A stretch of DNA of 59,443 bases from Actinomycetes bacterium (GCA_031430875.1 JANPCI010000431.1:1-59443), one strand, 5' to 3'. Positions 26,890 to 37,003 are shown, counted from the stretch's first letter. Numbers and translations: made by a program. The notes: generated from the letters alone by a model not told the origin.

Positions 26890-28368
26890 ATGAGCAACGA
26901 ACTGCACTGGATGTCGGCCACCGAACTCGCCGCAGCGATCCGACGACGCGAGGTGTCGAGCGTGGAGGTGCTCGATCACTTCGTGGAACGCATCCGCGAA
27001 CTCGACGGCCCGGTCAACTCGGTAGTGCACTGGGACCTCGAACGGGCCGGCACCGCGGCCCTTGCCGCTGACGCTGCCGTCGTAGCAGCAGGAGAAACTG
27101 GCGGCGACGACCTCGGCCCGCTCCACGGTGTTCCGATGACGATCAAGGACTCGTTCCAGACCGCAGGATGCATCACCACGTCGGGCTCACCTGAGTTGGC
27201 CGACTACGTCCCGACCGAGGATGCCTGGCCCGTTGCCCGCCTCCGCGACGCGGGTGCGATCCCCTTCGCGAAGACGAACCTTCCCTTGTTCGCCGACGAC
27301 ATTCAGAGCTTCAACGAGGTGTACGGCACCACCAACAACCCCCACGACCTCGACCGCACCCCCGGTGGATCATCCGGCGGGTCGAGCGCCGCGTTGGCCA
27401 TGGGGTTCACTCCGTTGGAGTTGGGCAGCGACATCGGAGGTTCGATCCGCGTGCCCGCCCATTACAGCGGCGTGATGGGCCACAAGCCGAGTTACGGCAT
27501 CGTCCCCGGCCACGGCCAGATCCCCGGCATGCCCGGCACGCTCACCCAGGCCGACCTCGCCGTGGTGGGCCCGCTGGCGCGTACGGCCGACGATCTCGAG
27601 CTGGCACTCGACGTGCTCGCCGGGCCTGACCGCTGGATGTCGCCGGCATGGACGCTCGACCTTCCGCCGATCCGCGCCGACGAGCTCGGCGAGTTCCGCA
27701 TCGCCGCCTGGATCGACGACGATGCATGCCCGGTCGACACCGACACCCGCCGAGTCCTCGGCGACACCGTCGCGGCGATCACGGCGGCGGGAGGCAGGGT
27801 CGATGCCGATGCCCGCCCGGGCTTCACACTCGCCAAGGCGATGACCGTGTACGGCGAGCTGCTGTTCGCCGCACTGTCCGGCGGCGTAGCGAAGGATCGA
27901 CTCGACGAGTACGCCCGGGTCGCCGACGACACGCCGATGGGGTGGATCATGCGATCGTCGGCCACCCGGCATCGCGACTGGCTGTCGAACAACGAACGGC
28001 GGCTCCAGATCCGCGAGCGGTGGGCCGAGTTCTTCACGGGATTCGACGCGATCCTCCTGCCCGTGCACCCACGACCGGCGATCCGCCACGATCACTCGAC
28101 GCCGCAGTTCGAACGCGTCGTCGACATCGACGGGCACGTACGGCCCTACCTCGACCTGTGGAACTGGATCGCCCCGGCCGGGCTCGGCGGCCTTCCTGCC
28201 ACCGTGGTGCCGGTCGGCATGAGCGCCGACGGGCTCCCGATCGGCATCCAGATCGTCGGCCCGTTCCTCCACGACCGCACCACGATCCATCTCGCTCGAT
28301 TGATCTCGCAGATCATGTCGACCCGCAACGCCTGGCCCGCCGCCTGCCCCCGCCCCAACACCCTGTAA
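26890..28368 (+). CDS. Amidase (amidase-signature family)
   Basis: ATG at 26890 after AAGGAA. GGSSGGSSAALA signature. Confidence 0.9.
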   Translation: MSNELHWMSATELAAAIRRREVSSVEVLDHFVERIRELDGPVNSVVHWDLERAGTAALAADAAVVAAGETGGDDLGPLHGVPMTIKDSFQTAGCITTSGSPELADYVPTEDAWPVARLRDAGAIPFAKTNLPLFADDIQSFNEVYGTTNNPHDLDRTPGGSSGGSSAALAMGFTPLELGSDIGGSIRVPAHYSGVMGHKPSYGIVPGHGQIPGMPGTLTQADLAVVGPLARTADDLELALDVLAGPDRWMSPAWTLDLPPIRADELGEFRIAAWIDDDACPVDTDTRRVLGDTVAAITAAGGRVDADARPGFTLAKAMTVYGELLFAALSGGVAKDRLDEYARVADDTPMGWIMRSSATRHRDWLSNNERRLQIRERWAEFFTGFDAILLPVHPRPAIRHDHSTPQFERVVDIDGHVRPYLDLWNWIAPAGLGGLPATVVPVGMSADGLPIGIQIVGPFLHDRTTIHLARLISQIMSTRNAWPAACPRPNTL

Positions 28369-28449
28369 ACCCGGTTTGCGTAACAGTTTGGTTGGGACGG
28401 CCCAACTGAAGTGTCACGCAAACCGGGTTTTCCGGGTTTTCCGGGTTTT
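28368..28449 (+). repeat. Family B palindromic repeat, copy B1, followed by three tandem CCGGGTTTT nonamers
   Basis: Fills the whole spacer between two convergent stop codons. AACCCGGTTTGCGT...ACGCAAACCGGGTT outer arms. Related copies at 52426..52483 and 53004..53058. Confidence 0.8.
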
Positions 28450-29684
28450 CAGGAGGCGTCGACGAGGGCTTTGTCGAGGGCGGCCAAGGCGAGGTCGATC
28501 TCGTCGGCGGTGACGGTCAGGGGCGGCATGAATCGCAAAGTGGTACCGGCGGCGCCGGCGGTCATGGTGATCAGCTTGCCCTGGCGCAGGCAGTGCGACA
28601 CGATGGTCGAGGTGCGAGCCGCTGTGTCGAACTGCGCGGCGATCATCAACCCGAGCGCACGGACCTGGACGATCGATGCGTGATGTTCCTGCAGGCGTCG
28701 CAGGCCGTCGGCGAGTTGTCGCCCACGCTCGTTCACGTTGGCCATGAACCCGTCGGCGGTCAACACCTCGATGGTGGCGAGCGCAGCAGCACACCCCATT
28801 GGGTTGCCGCCGTAGGTGCCGCCGTGCGAGCCGGTCGGCCACTTGTCGTCGAGCTCACGACGGGTGCCGAGTGCCGAGAACGGGAACCCCGACGCGATCC
28901 CCTTGGCCATGCACACGATGTCGGGCTGCACGTCGTAGTGCTCGATGGCGAACATCTTGCCGGTGCGCCCGAATCCCGACTGCACCTCGTCGGCGATGAA
29001 GAGCATCCCGTGCTCCTTGCAGCGCCGGTCGATCGCCTCGAGGAAGCCGGCGGGCGCCGCCACATAGCCACCCTCGCCGAGCACCGGTTCGATGATCACG
29101 GCCGCGGTTTCGCTCGGCGCGGTGACGCTCGTGAGGAGTTCGTCGAAGCCAGCGAGTGCTCGGGCAACCTCGGCCTGCACATCGTCGGCGCGCACATTCG
29201 GATAGGGGGCGATGAAGATCCCTGACGGCAACGGTGCGTGGCCGGCGCGGTAGACGGTCTTCGACGTGGTCATGGCCATGGCCTGGTGGGTGCGACCGTG
29301 AAAGCTGCCCTGGAACACGATGATGTTGGGGCGACCTGTCGCCTGCTTGGCGAGCTTGACGGCAGCCTCGGTGATCTCGGCACCGGAGTTGGCGTAGAAG
29401 AACGTATCGATACCTGCCGGTGAGAGCTCCGCCAGCCGAGCCGCCAGCGGCTGCAACAGATCGTGGGTGTAGACGTTGGCCTGCGCGTGCACGAATCGCT
29501 GCGCCTGATCGGCAATCGCCTTGGCAACATGCGGATGGCTGTGGCCCGTCGACGTGACGGCGATGCCACCACTGAAGTCGAGATAGCGGTCGCCAGCGGT
29601 GGTGGTGACCCACGAACCCTCACCCGAGGCAACCTCGAGATCGGTGACCTTGAACCACACGTGCGACAGGTTGTCGGTACTCAT
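28449..29684 (-). CDS. Class III PLP-dependent aminotransferase (GABA/omega-amino acid type)
   Basis: 411-aa ORF. SGAEITEAAVKLA, FIADEVQSGFGRTG, CMAKGI lysine motif. Confidence 0.9.
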   Translation of the reverse strand: MSTDNLSHVWFKVTDLEVASGEGSWVTTTAGDRYLDFSGGIAVTSTGHSHPHVAKAIADQAQRFVHAQANVYTHDLLQPLAARLAELSPAGIDTFFYANSGAEITEAAVKLAKQATGRPNIIVFQGSFHGRTHQAMAMTTSKTVYRAGHAPLPSGIFIAPYPNVRADDVQAEVARALAGFDELLTSVTAPSETAAVIIEPVLGEGGYVAAPAGFLEAIDRRCKEHGMLFIADEVQSGFGRTGKMFAIEHYDVQPDIVCMAKGIASGFPFSALGTRRELDDKWPTGSHGGTYGGNPMGCAAALATIEVLTADGFMANVNERGRQLADGLRRLQEHHASIVQVRALGLMIAAQFDTAARTSTIVSHCLRQGKLITMTAGAAGTTLRFMPPLTVTADEIDLALAALDKALVDAS

Positions 29685-29691
29685 CTCGCCA

Positions 29692-31089
29692 TCATCGCAT
29701 GATGCGTTCCAAGACGGAAGCGGTGCGCGGGGCTCGCTGATGCTTCACCTCGTACCGATCGATCCACCCGGCCGATCGCAAGCCGGCAGTGATGCCCATC
29801 CAACGCAGCGGCTCGGGTTCCCAGCGGGGTGATCGGTGGCCGACCCATGGCAACGACACGAGGTCGGAGTCGGCGCCGGTGATGAGGTCGGCCAGCGTGC
29901 GGCCGGCCAGATTCGAAGCCGCCACACCCTCGCCGACATACCCGCCGGCCCACGCCACACCGGTCGAACGGTCGAGGCCGACCGACGGGCGCCAGTCACG
30001 CGGCACGCCGAGCACACCGCCCCACCTGTGCGTGATTCGCGCATCACCCACCGCCGGAACGAGTTCGCGAAGCGTGGCGGCGATCCGGTCATGCATCTTC
30101 GACGATTGTTCGCTCGCCGCATCGATCCCCGACCCGAACCGGTACGGCGCGCCTCGACCACCGAAAGCAAGCCGTCCGTCGGTGGTGCGTTGGCCATAGA
30201 TCACCATGTGTCGATCGTCGGCGAAGGTCTCCATGTTGCGCAGGCCGATCTCGTCCCAGATGTCGTCGGGGAGCGGCTCGGTGGCGACCATCCGCGAGTA
30301 CAGCGGGACGATGTCACGCCGTAGCCCGTCGAGATCGCACGTGTACGCCTCGGTGGCGCGAACCACGACGTCGGCGGTGATCGTTCCGTGGTCGGTGAGC
30401 ACGCGGGCCCGCGACCCACCGACTCCACCGACGATCGCTGCGGCCGCAGTGCCCTCGACGATCGTCGCGCCACGCCGCTCGGCCACCTCGGCGAGGCCTC
30501 GCGCGAGCAGAGCAGGTTGCACACGGGCAGCGGGTCCGTAGAGCACGCCACCGAACACATCGGTGGCTCGGAGGTGACTGCACGCCTGGTCGGCGTCGAG
30601 CACGCGCAGCACGTCGTCGCCGAAGCCGTGATGGTGGGACTCGTCGACCTCGGCGCGTTGGCGCTGCACCTGCACAACAGTGCGAGCGAGGCGGATCACA
30701 CCACCCTTCGCAAAGCCGCAGTCGATGCCCTCGGCCCCGACGACGCGCCCGATCTCGTCGACGGTGTCGATGATCGCCCGGGTCATCCGGATGCCGGCAT
30801 CACGTCCACTTGCGGCGATTGCCCCGCCGAGACCGCCGGCAAGCTCACCGACGCACCATCCGCCGTTGCGTCCGGATGCACCGAAGCCGACCATCTCGCG
30901 TTCGACGATCAGCACCCGCAACGTCGGGTTGGCTCCGAGCAATTCGACTGCTGTCCACAGCCCGGTGTAACCGGCACCGACGATCGCCACATCGACATCG
31001 ACGTCGCCGGAGAGTGGCGGCCGGCCGACGATCGGGGCATCGAGTTGGTCGAGCCAGAGCGACTTCGTGCGCAAGACCTGCTCGTTCAT
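29692..31089 (-). CDS. FAD-dependent oxidoreductase (DAO family, gamma-glutamylputrescine-oxidase-like)
   Basis: ATG at 31089 within ORF 29692..31116. VAIVGAGYTGLWTA dinucleotide fold. TACGCT lies 6 nt upstream of the ATG. Confidence 0.8.
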   Translation of the reverse strand: MNEQVLRTKSLWLDQLDAPIVGRPPLSGDVDVDVAIVGAGYTGLWTAVELLGANPTLRVLIVEREMVGFGASGRNGGWCVGELAGGLGGAIAASGRDAGIRMTRAIIDTVDEIGRVVGAEGIDCGFAKGGVIRLARTVVQVQRQRAEVDESHHHGFGDDVLRVLDADQACSHLRATDVFGGVLYGPAARVQPALLARGLAEVAERRGATIVEGTAAAAIVGGVGGSRARVLTDHGTITADVVVRATEAYTCDLDGLRRDIVPLYSRMVATEPLPDDIWDEIGLRNMETFADDRHMVIYGQRTTDGRLAFGGRGAPYRFGSGIDAASEQSSKMHDRIAATLRELVPAVGDARITHRWGGVLGVPRDWRPSVGLDRSTGVAWAGGYVGEGVAASNLAGRTLADLITGADSDLVSLPWVGHRSPRWEPEPLRWMGITAGLRSAGWIDRYEVKHQRAPRTASVLERIMR

Positions 31090-31151
31090 CGGGCGAGCGT
31101 ATCGAGGGCTCCCCACCCTCCTCGACCGGCCAGAGCACTACATTGCCGTGC

Positions 31152-32384
31152 ATGCGAGTACTCGTGGTCGGTGCAGGTGGCGTGGGTTCGGCGTTCGTGG
31201 CAATCGCCTCCACTCGGGAGGCCTATGCCCACATCACCGTTGCCGACATCGATGTTGGCAAGGCCGAAGCTGCGGTCGCCACGGCGAGCAACAGCGAGGC
31301 GGGCCGGATCATGGCCGCCCACATCGATGCATCGTCGGAGGTCTCCGTCGCCGAATTGGCACGGTCGATGCAGGCCGACGTCGTGCTCAACGCCTGCGAT
31401 CCACGGTTCAACCCGCCGATCTTCGAGGGCGCCTTCGCCGCCGGCTGCAACTACGTCGACATGGCAATGAACCTCTCGGTTCCCCATCCGACCAAGCCCT
31501 ACGAAAAAACCGGCATCCGCCTCGGCGACGGCCAGTTCGCCGAGTCGCCGACATGGAAGGCCCGCGGCATGATGGCGCTGTGCGGGATGGGCGTCGAACC
31601 CGGCTTCTCCGACGTTGCCGCTCGTTACGCCGCCGACGAGTTGTTCAGCGAGATTCACGAGATCGGTGTTCGTGACGGCGCCGACCTCGTGGTCGACGGC
31701 TACGACTTCGCTCCCACCTTCTCGATCTGGACCACGATCGAGGAATGCCTCAACCCGCCGGTGATCTACGAGCGCGAGCGCGGCTGGTTCACGACCGAGC
31801 CGTTCTCCGAACCCGAGACGTTCACGTTCCCGGAGGGCATCGGGCCGCTGCAGTGCGTCAACGTCGAGCACGAGGAAGTCATCCTCATGCCCCGATGGAT
31901 CGACACCCAGCGCGTGACGTTCAAGTACGGCCTCGGCGAGGAGTTCATCGACATCCTCAAGACGTTGCGCAAACTCGATCTCGACTCGACCAAGGCTGTC
32001 GATGTGAAGGGCGTTCAGGTGTCACCACGCGACGTGGTCGCAGCGAGCCTTCCCGATCCGGCCACACTCGGCGCCGTGATGACCGGACGAACCTGTGCCG
32101 GAACCTGGGTCACCGGTCTGGGAAAGGACGGCCAACCCCGCGAGGTGTACGTGTACCACGTGGTCGACAATGCGGTGTCGATGCGCGAATTCGGACACCA
32201 GGCCGTCGTGTGGCAGACCGCTGTGATGCCCGCCGTCGCCATCGAGCTGATCGCCACGGGCATCTGGCACCGCCCCGGCGTGGTGGGGCCCGAAGCACTT
32301 CCCCCGATGCCCTTCCTCGACCTGCTCGACGAGTACGGCAGCGAATGGGAATGGGCCGACTACAAAGACCGCGCCCCCGTCTGA
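31152..32384 (+). CDS. Saccharopine dehydrogenase family NAD(P)-binding protein
   Basis: ATG at 31152 within ORF 30810..32384. MRVLVVGAGGVGS Rossmann start. TACATT lies 7 nt upstream of the ATG. Confidence 0.8.
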   Translation: MRVLVVGAGGVGSAFVAIASTREAYAHITVADIDVGKAEAAVATASNSEAGRIMAAHIDASSEVSVAELARSMQADVVLNACDPRFNPPIFEGAFAAGCNYVDMAMNLSVPHPTKPYEKTGIRLGDGQFAESPTWKARGMMALCGMGVEPGFSDVAARYAADELFSEIHEIGVRDGADLVVDGYDFAPTFSIWTTIEECLNPPVIYERERGWFTTEPFSEPETFTFPEGIGPLQCVNVEHEEVILMPRWIDTQRVTFKYGLGEEFIDILKTLRKLDLDSTKAVDVKGVQVSPRDVVAASLPDPATLGAVMTGRTCAGTWVTGLGKDGQPREVYVYHVVDNAVSMREFGHQAVVWQTAVMPAVAIELIATGIWHRPGVVGPEALPPMPFLDLLDEYGSEWEWADYKDRAPV

Positions 32385-32386
32385 CC

Positions 32387-32413
32387 CACAACAGGGGTCA
32401 GACCCCTTTTGTT
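32387..32413. terminator. Imperfect palindrome CACAACAGGGGTC-A-GACCCCTTTTGTT between convergent genes (family C core GGGGTCAGACCCC)
   Basis: Counted in the 42-nt spacer between the TGA at 32382-32384 and the minus-strand stop at 32427-32429. Confidence 0.6.
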
Positions 32414-32426
32414 AGGACCCTTCTTG

Positions 32427-33419
32427 TTAGAGGCTGGGGTCGACGACCCAGCGGCCGCGGACCTGGCCGTCGAGGATGCTCGGGCCACGATCGAGGAGCT
32501 CACTGAGCGCGACGATCTCGGTCATCGAGTCGATCATCTCCGCGGGCAGGTCGCTCCCGAGGCGGTCCCATGCTCGCGTGCGGACGGGGATCGGCGTGAT
32601 CACCGAATCAACACCCTGCAATCGAACGTTGCGGAGGATGAACGGCATCACCGTGGTCGGTAGGTCAGCACCACCGGCGAGCCCGCACGCTGCGACGACA
32701 CCGCCATATTTCATCTGGGCGAGCAGCTTGGCCAGCATCGTGGACCCGACGGCGTCCACCGCTGCGGCCCACTGCTCAGTCTCGAGCGGTCGGGCGGGCT
32801 CGGTCATCTCCTCACGCGTCAGGAACGCCGAGGCGCCGAGGCCGGCGAGGTATTCCTGGGTCTCCGGCCGGCCCGTCACCGCCGTGACCTCGAAACCGAG
32901 CGCGGCGAGCAGCGCCACTGCGACCGACCCAACACCGCCGGCGGCGCCGGTGACGATCACGGGACCGTCGGTCGGCGTCACGTGGGCGTCCTCGATCGCC
33001 ATGATGCAGAGCATCGCCGTGAGCCCTGCCGTGCCGATCGACATGGCAGTGAGCGAACTCATGGCCTCGGGGCGCCTCACGAGCCACTCGGATCGCACCC
33101 GTTGGCGCTGCGTGTAACCACCCCAGAATCGTTCGCCGACACCCCATCCCGTCGAGATGACGGCGTCGCCGACTGCGAAGTCGGGTGAGTCACTTGCGAC
33201 GACGGTTCCTGTGAGGTCGATGCCCGGCACCATCGGATAGCTACGCACGACGCGGCCCTTGCTGGAGAGGGCCAGGCCGTCTTTGTAGTTGAGTGAGGAG
33301 TACTCGACGTCGACGGTGACGTCGCCGTCGGGAAGGTCGGCGTCAGTGAGTTGTTCGAGTGCCCCGACGGGGCCGGCGTCGGTCTCGCGAAGGACCAGGG
33401 CCGTGAAGGTGTCGGACAT
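32427..33419 (-). CDS. YhdH/YhfP-type quinone oxidoreductase (MDR family, AcuI-like)
   Basis: 330-aa portion of ORF 32427..33596, from MSDTFTALVL. SSLNYKDGLA and VTGAAGGVGS motifs. Confidence 0.85.
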   Translation of the reverse strand: MSDTFTALVLRETDAGPVGALEQLTDADLPDGDVTVDVEYSSLNYKDGLALSSKGRVVRSYPMVPGIDLTGTVVASDSPDFAVGDAVISTGWGVGERFWGGYTQRQRVRSEWLVRRPEAMSSLTAMSIGTAGLTAMLCIMAIEDAHVTPTDGPVIVTGAAGGVGSVAVALLAALGFEVTAVTGRPETQEYLAGLGASAFLTREEMTEPARPLETEQWAAAVDAVGSTMLAKLLAQMKYGGVVAACGLAGGADLPTTVMPFILRNVRLQGVDSVITPIPVRTRAWDRLGSDLPAEMIDSMTEIVALSELLDRGPSILDGQVRGRWVVDPSL

Positions 33420-33444
33420 CGGAGCATCGTGACACAGTGGGCGG

Positions 33445-34299
33445 ATGCACGACCCCACGCAGCGCGACCTCATGGCACCAATCGTCGACGCATCCTGGCT
33501 GCTCGAGCACCTGACCGACGCGGACATCACGATCTGCGAGGTCGGTTCGTCGATGGCCGGAGGTGACCCCGCGGCGAAGTATGCCGAGCAGCACATCAGC
33601 GGCGCCCGCTACGTGTCGCTCGACACCGTGCTCGCCGCACCCCCATCGGCGGCCGGGGGTCGCCATCCGCTGCCGACCCCTGACGACTTCGCGCGCCATC
33701 TCGGTGCGCTGGGTGTCGACGACGAGGCCACCGTGGTCGCGTACGACCGGCGAGCCGGCGGCGGATTCGCCGGGCGCCTCGTGTGGATGCTGCGGGCGAT
33801 CGGTCAACCGGCGGCACTGCTCGACGGCGGTCTCGGCGGATGGGACGGCCCGGTCGAGTCCGGACCGGTCGCGGTGGACCCGGTCGAACGCTCCGTGCGC
33901 CCATGGCCGTCGAACGCGGTGGCAGACGCCGACGACGTCGTCCAACACATCCGAGCCGGCGGAGTGGTGATCGACAGCCGCGACCCCGCCCGCTACGCCG
34001 GTGCCGTCGAGCCGATCGATGCCGTGGCAGGCCACATCCCCGGAGCGATCAACCTCGTCTACACCGACAACCTCGACGCTGACTCGAGCTTCCGTCCCGC
34101 CGCAGAACTCGCCGAACGGTTTGCTGTCGTCGCGCCGGACAACGACCCGATCGTCTACTGCGGCTCGGGCGTCACCGCCTGCCACAACGCACTCGTGATG
34201 GAACACGTCGGTCTCCCACGCCCGAGGGTGTACATCGGATCGTGGTCGGCGTGGTCGGCCGACCACGACCGGCCGGTCGCCACCGGTCCGACGCCATGA
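33445..34299 (+). CDS. Tandem-rhodanese sulfurtransferase (thiosulfate/3-mercaptopyruvate type)
   Basis: 284-aa ORF. Active-site loop YCGSGVTACH. The start may be the ATG at 33472. Confidence 0.85.
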   Translation: MHDPTQRDLMAPIVDASWLLEHLTDADITICEVGSSMAGGDPAAKYAEQHISGARYVSLDTVLAAPPSAAGGRHPLPTPDDFARHLGALGVDDEATVVAYDRRAGGGFAGRLVWMLRAIGQPAALLDGGLGGWDGPVESGPVAVDPVERSVRPWPSNAVADADDVVQHIRAGGVVIDSRDPARYAGAVEPIDAVAGHIPGAINLVYTDNLDADSSFRPAAELAERFAVVAPDNDPIVYCGSGVTACHNALVMEHVGLPRPRVYIGSWSAWSADHDRPVATGPTP

Positions 34300-34312
34300 G
34301 CGACCCCCAACG

Positions 34313-35050
34313 GTGACCGGCGGCGAACTCGCCATCGTGCTCGTTGCGGTGATCATCGGATCGATCGCCAAGTCGGTGACGGGCATGGGCCTGCCACTCA
34401 TCGTGATCCCGATCGCGTCGCTGTTCGTCGACGTCAACGACGCCGTCGTGGTGATGGCACTGCCGAACGTGCTCGCGAATGCCGTACTCGGCGGGCGGGA
34501 ACGCCACAGCTACCACGAGACACGGGACCTGCCGACCCTTGCCGCGGTCGGCGTCGTCGGTGCGGTCGCCGGCACCATGCTGCTGGTCAACGTCTCGGAG
34601 ACACCGCTCGTGATCGCCGTGGTCATAGCGATCGTCGGTTACATCGTGTTGTTCTTCGCCCATCCCGAGTTTCGCACCACACCGGCGCAGTCCAAGCGTC
34701 TGGCGCCCGTTGTCGGCGGCGTCGGTGGGCTGTTCCAGGGGGCGGTCGGCATCTCGGGTCCGATCGTCGGATCGTGGATCCACAGCTATCGACTCCCGCG
34801 CAGCGCACACATCCTGTCGGTCACCTCGCTGTTCTTCATCACCGGCCTGGCCCAGTTGGTGGTGCTCGCGAGTACCGGTGAGCTCGACGGCCGCGTCACC
34901 GCCACGCTGCTCGCGTGCATCCCCGTGCTCGCATCGATCCCGTTCGGTACCCGGCTGCGCAACTCGGTCTCGGGTCGCGGATTCGACCTGGCGATCATCG
35001 CCATGCTGGGCGTTTCTGCGGCTGCTCTGTGCCTGCAGACGTTCTTGTGA
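34313..35050 (+). CDS. TauE/SafE (TSUP) family sulfite/anion exporter
   Basis: 245-aa polytopic membrane ORF. GSIAKSVTGMGLPLI motif. Confidence 0.8.
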   Translation: MTGGELAIVLVAVIIGSIAKSVTGMGLPLIVIPIASLFVDVNDAVVVMALPNVLANAVLGGRERHSYHETRDLPTLAAVGVVGAVAGTMLLVNVSETPLVIAVVIAIVGYIVLFFAHPEFRTTPAQSKRLAPVVGGVGGLFQGAVGISGPIVGSWIHSYRLPRSAHILSVTSLFFITGLAQLVVLASTGELDGRVTATLLACIPVLASIPFGTRLRNSVSGRGFDLAIIAMLGVSAAALCLQTFL

Positions 35051-35054
35051 GATA

Positions 35055-35160
35055 GCGTCAGGGGTAACCACATAGGGGAGCTCGCTGGAACGGCGGGCTG
35101 AGAGGGTGACCGCCGTTGCCGACCCACGAACCTGATCCGGATAATGCCGGCGGAGGAACA
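35055..35160 (+). promoter_or_regulatory. TPP (THI-box) riboswitch
   Basis: CAGGGGTAACC ... GGCTGAGAGGGTGACC ... GACCC ... GAACCTGATCCGGATAATGCCGGCGGAGGAAC matches the conserved THI element. The GGAGGA Shine-Dalgarno of the downstream gene lies in its 3' strand. Confidence 0.85.
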
Positions 35161-35162
35161 TC

Positions 35163-35837
35163 GTGAACGAACACATCGTCATCATCACCGGGGCTGCTCC
35201 GATCTCGCCCGAGGTCGTCGCCCGCATCCCGCCCGACGCCCTGCTGATCGCCGTCGACGGCGGTCTCGACCATGCGCTGGCTGTCGGGCTCGAACCATCC
35301 CGAGTCGTCGGCGACTTCGATTCGGTGACCGACGAAGGCCTCACCTGGGCGGCCCGCAACGCATCGCTCGAACGGCACCCGACCGACAAGGACCGCACCG
35401 ACACCGAACTCGCACTCGCAGTAGCGGCAACGCTCGACCCCGAGCGGATCACGCTGATCGGCGGAGGCGACCGGCTCGATCACACGATTGCCGGCATCGG
35501 TGCACTCGGCGCGCTGAGCGTCACGAGCGTCCCGTTCCTCGACGCGTGGTGGGACGATCAGCACGTCACGGTCGTGCAGGGCCCTGGCTCGGCCACGCTG
35601 CACCTTGCGCCAGGTTCGACGCTTTCGCTGCTCGCCCTCCACGGCCCGTGCACCCGAGTGACACTGCGCAGCACCCGATGGGAACTGACAGAGGTCGACA
35701 TCGATCCGGTCGTCGGCCTCGGTGTGAGCAACGAGGTGCCCGACGGCGACGGCCCAGTCGACGTCGAGGTGACACTGTCGGGTGGCACCCTCACCATCTT
35801 CGACGTCCCCGCCGACCCCGAAACGGCCTCACGATGA
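35163..35837 (+). CDS. thiN: Thiamine pyrophosphokinase
   Basis: 224-aa GTG-start ORF. IAVDGG...VVGDFDS motif. Immediately downstream of the TPP riboswitch. Confidence 0.8.
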   Translation: MNEHIVIITGAAPISPEVVARIPPDALLIAVDGGLDHALAVGLEPSRVVGDFDSVTDEGLTWAARNASLERHPTDKDRTDTELALAVAATLDPERITLIGGGDRLDHTIAGIGALGALSVTSVPFLDAWWDDQHVTVVQGPGSATLHLAPGSTLSLLALHGPCTRVTLRSTRWELTEVDIDPVVGLGVSNEVPDGDGPVDVEVTLSGGTLTIFDVPADPETASR

Positions 35838-37003
35838 GCGAACGCACCTCCAGGCGGGGCGTTCGCTCATCGCGGTGGGTTGCACTCGGCGCTGCGGCGG
35901 CGCTACTCGTCGCCGCGAGCGCATGCAGCAGCGACGACGACGAAGATCACGGCAGCGAAAGCAACGACTCGGTCGCCGTGGGGCAGCCGCCGATCGCCCC
36001 CCCCGAAACCACGGGCGGCGAGACGATCACGCTCGTCACCTACGACTCGTTCCCCGAAGCCGACACGTCGCTCAACGATGCCCTCGCCGCGTTCGCCGAC
36101 CAGACCGGGATCGACGTCGAGATCCTCGTCGCGGGTGACGCCGGCACGATGCTGTCGAAGGCATCACTCACCGCCGGCAACCCCGAGGGCGACGTGATGT
36201 GGGGCGTCGACAACACGCTGCTCTCGCGAGCTGTCACCGATGGGGTGTTCGACCCCTACGTTGCCGCCGGCATCCTCGACGGGTCGGTCACGATCGACGA
36301 CGCCTTCACCTCGCTCGTCCCGAACGGCGAGGCGGCGCCCGTCGACTACGGCGACGTCTGCGTCAACTACGACATCGGCTGGTTCGCCGAGCGCGGCCTC
36401 GAACCGCCGACGACACTGGCCGATCTGGCCGACCCCGCCTACGCCGGCATGCTTGTCGTCGAGAACCCGGCCACGTCGTCACCCGGGCTCGCCTTTCTCC
36501 TCGCAACGATCCACGAGTACGGCCTCGAGGGATGGCAGGCGTATTGGAGTGCACTCGGCGCGAACGGTGTCGAGGTCGTCGAGAGCTGGACCCAGGCGTA
36601 CTACGAACGGTTCACGTGGGCCGGTGGCCCGACGCCGATGGTCGTGAGCTACGGCTCCAGCCCACCGGCGGAAGTGATCTTCGCCGACCCGCCGCGCAAC
36701 GACTCGCCAACCGGCGTCATCGAGGACACGTGCTTCCGACAGGTCGAGTTCGCCGGCGTGCTGCGCGGCACCGACTCGCCCGACGCGGCCCGCCAACTCG
36801 TCGACTTCCTGATCGGCGAGGAGTTCCAGTCAGAGCTTCCGCTCAACCTGTTCGTCTACCCGACCAATCAGGCGGTCGACCTGCCGCAGGAGTTCGTCGA
36901 CTTTGCCGTCGTGCCTGAGGTGTCGCGTTCGCTCGACCCAGCGGTGATCGACGCCAACCGCTCCATCTGGATCGACGAGTGGACGGAGCTGGTGCTCGGG
37001 TGA
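35834..37003 (+). CDS. thiB: Thiamine-type ABC transporter substrate-binding lipoprotein
   Basis: ATG at 35834 overlaps the previous stop (ATGA). Lipobox LLVAASACSS. Family 1 SBP features. Follows the TPP riboswitch. Confidence 0.75.
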   Translation: MSERTSRRGVRSSRWVALGAAAALLVAASACSSDDDEDHGSESNDSVAVGQPPIAPPETTGGETITLVTYDSFPEADTSLNDALAAFADQTGIDVEILVAGDAGTMLSKASLTAGNPEGDVMWGVDNTLLSRAVTDGVFDPYVAAGILDGSVTIDDAFTSLVPNGEAAPVDYGDVCVNYDIGWFAERGLEPPTTLADLADPAYAGMLVVENPATSSPGLAFLLATIHEYGLEGWQAYWSALGANGVEVVESWTQAYYERFTWAGGPTPMVVSYGSSPPAEVIFADPPRNDSPTGVIEDTCFRQVEFAGVLRGTDSPDAARQLVDFLIGEEFQSELPLNLFVYPTNQAVDLPQEFVDFAVVPEVSRSLDPAVIDANRSIWIDEWTELVLG

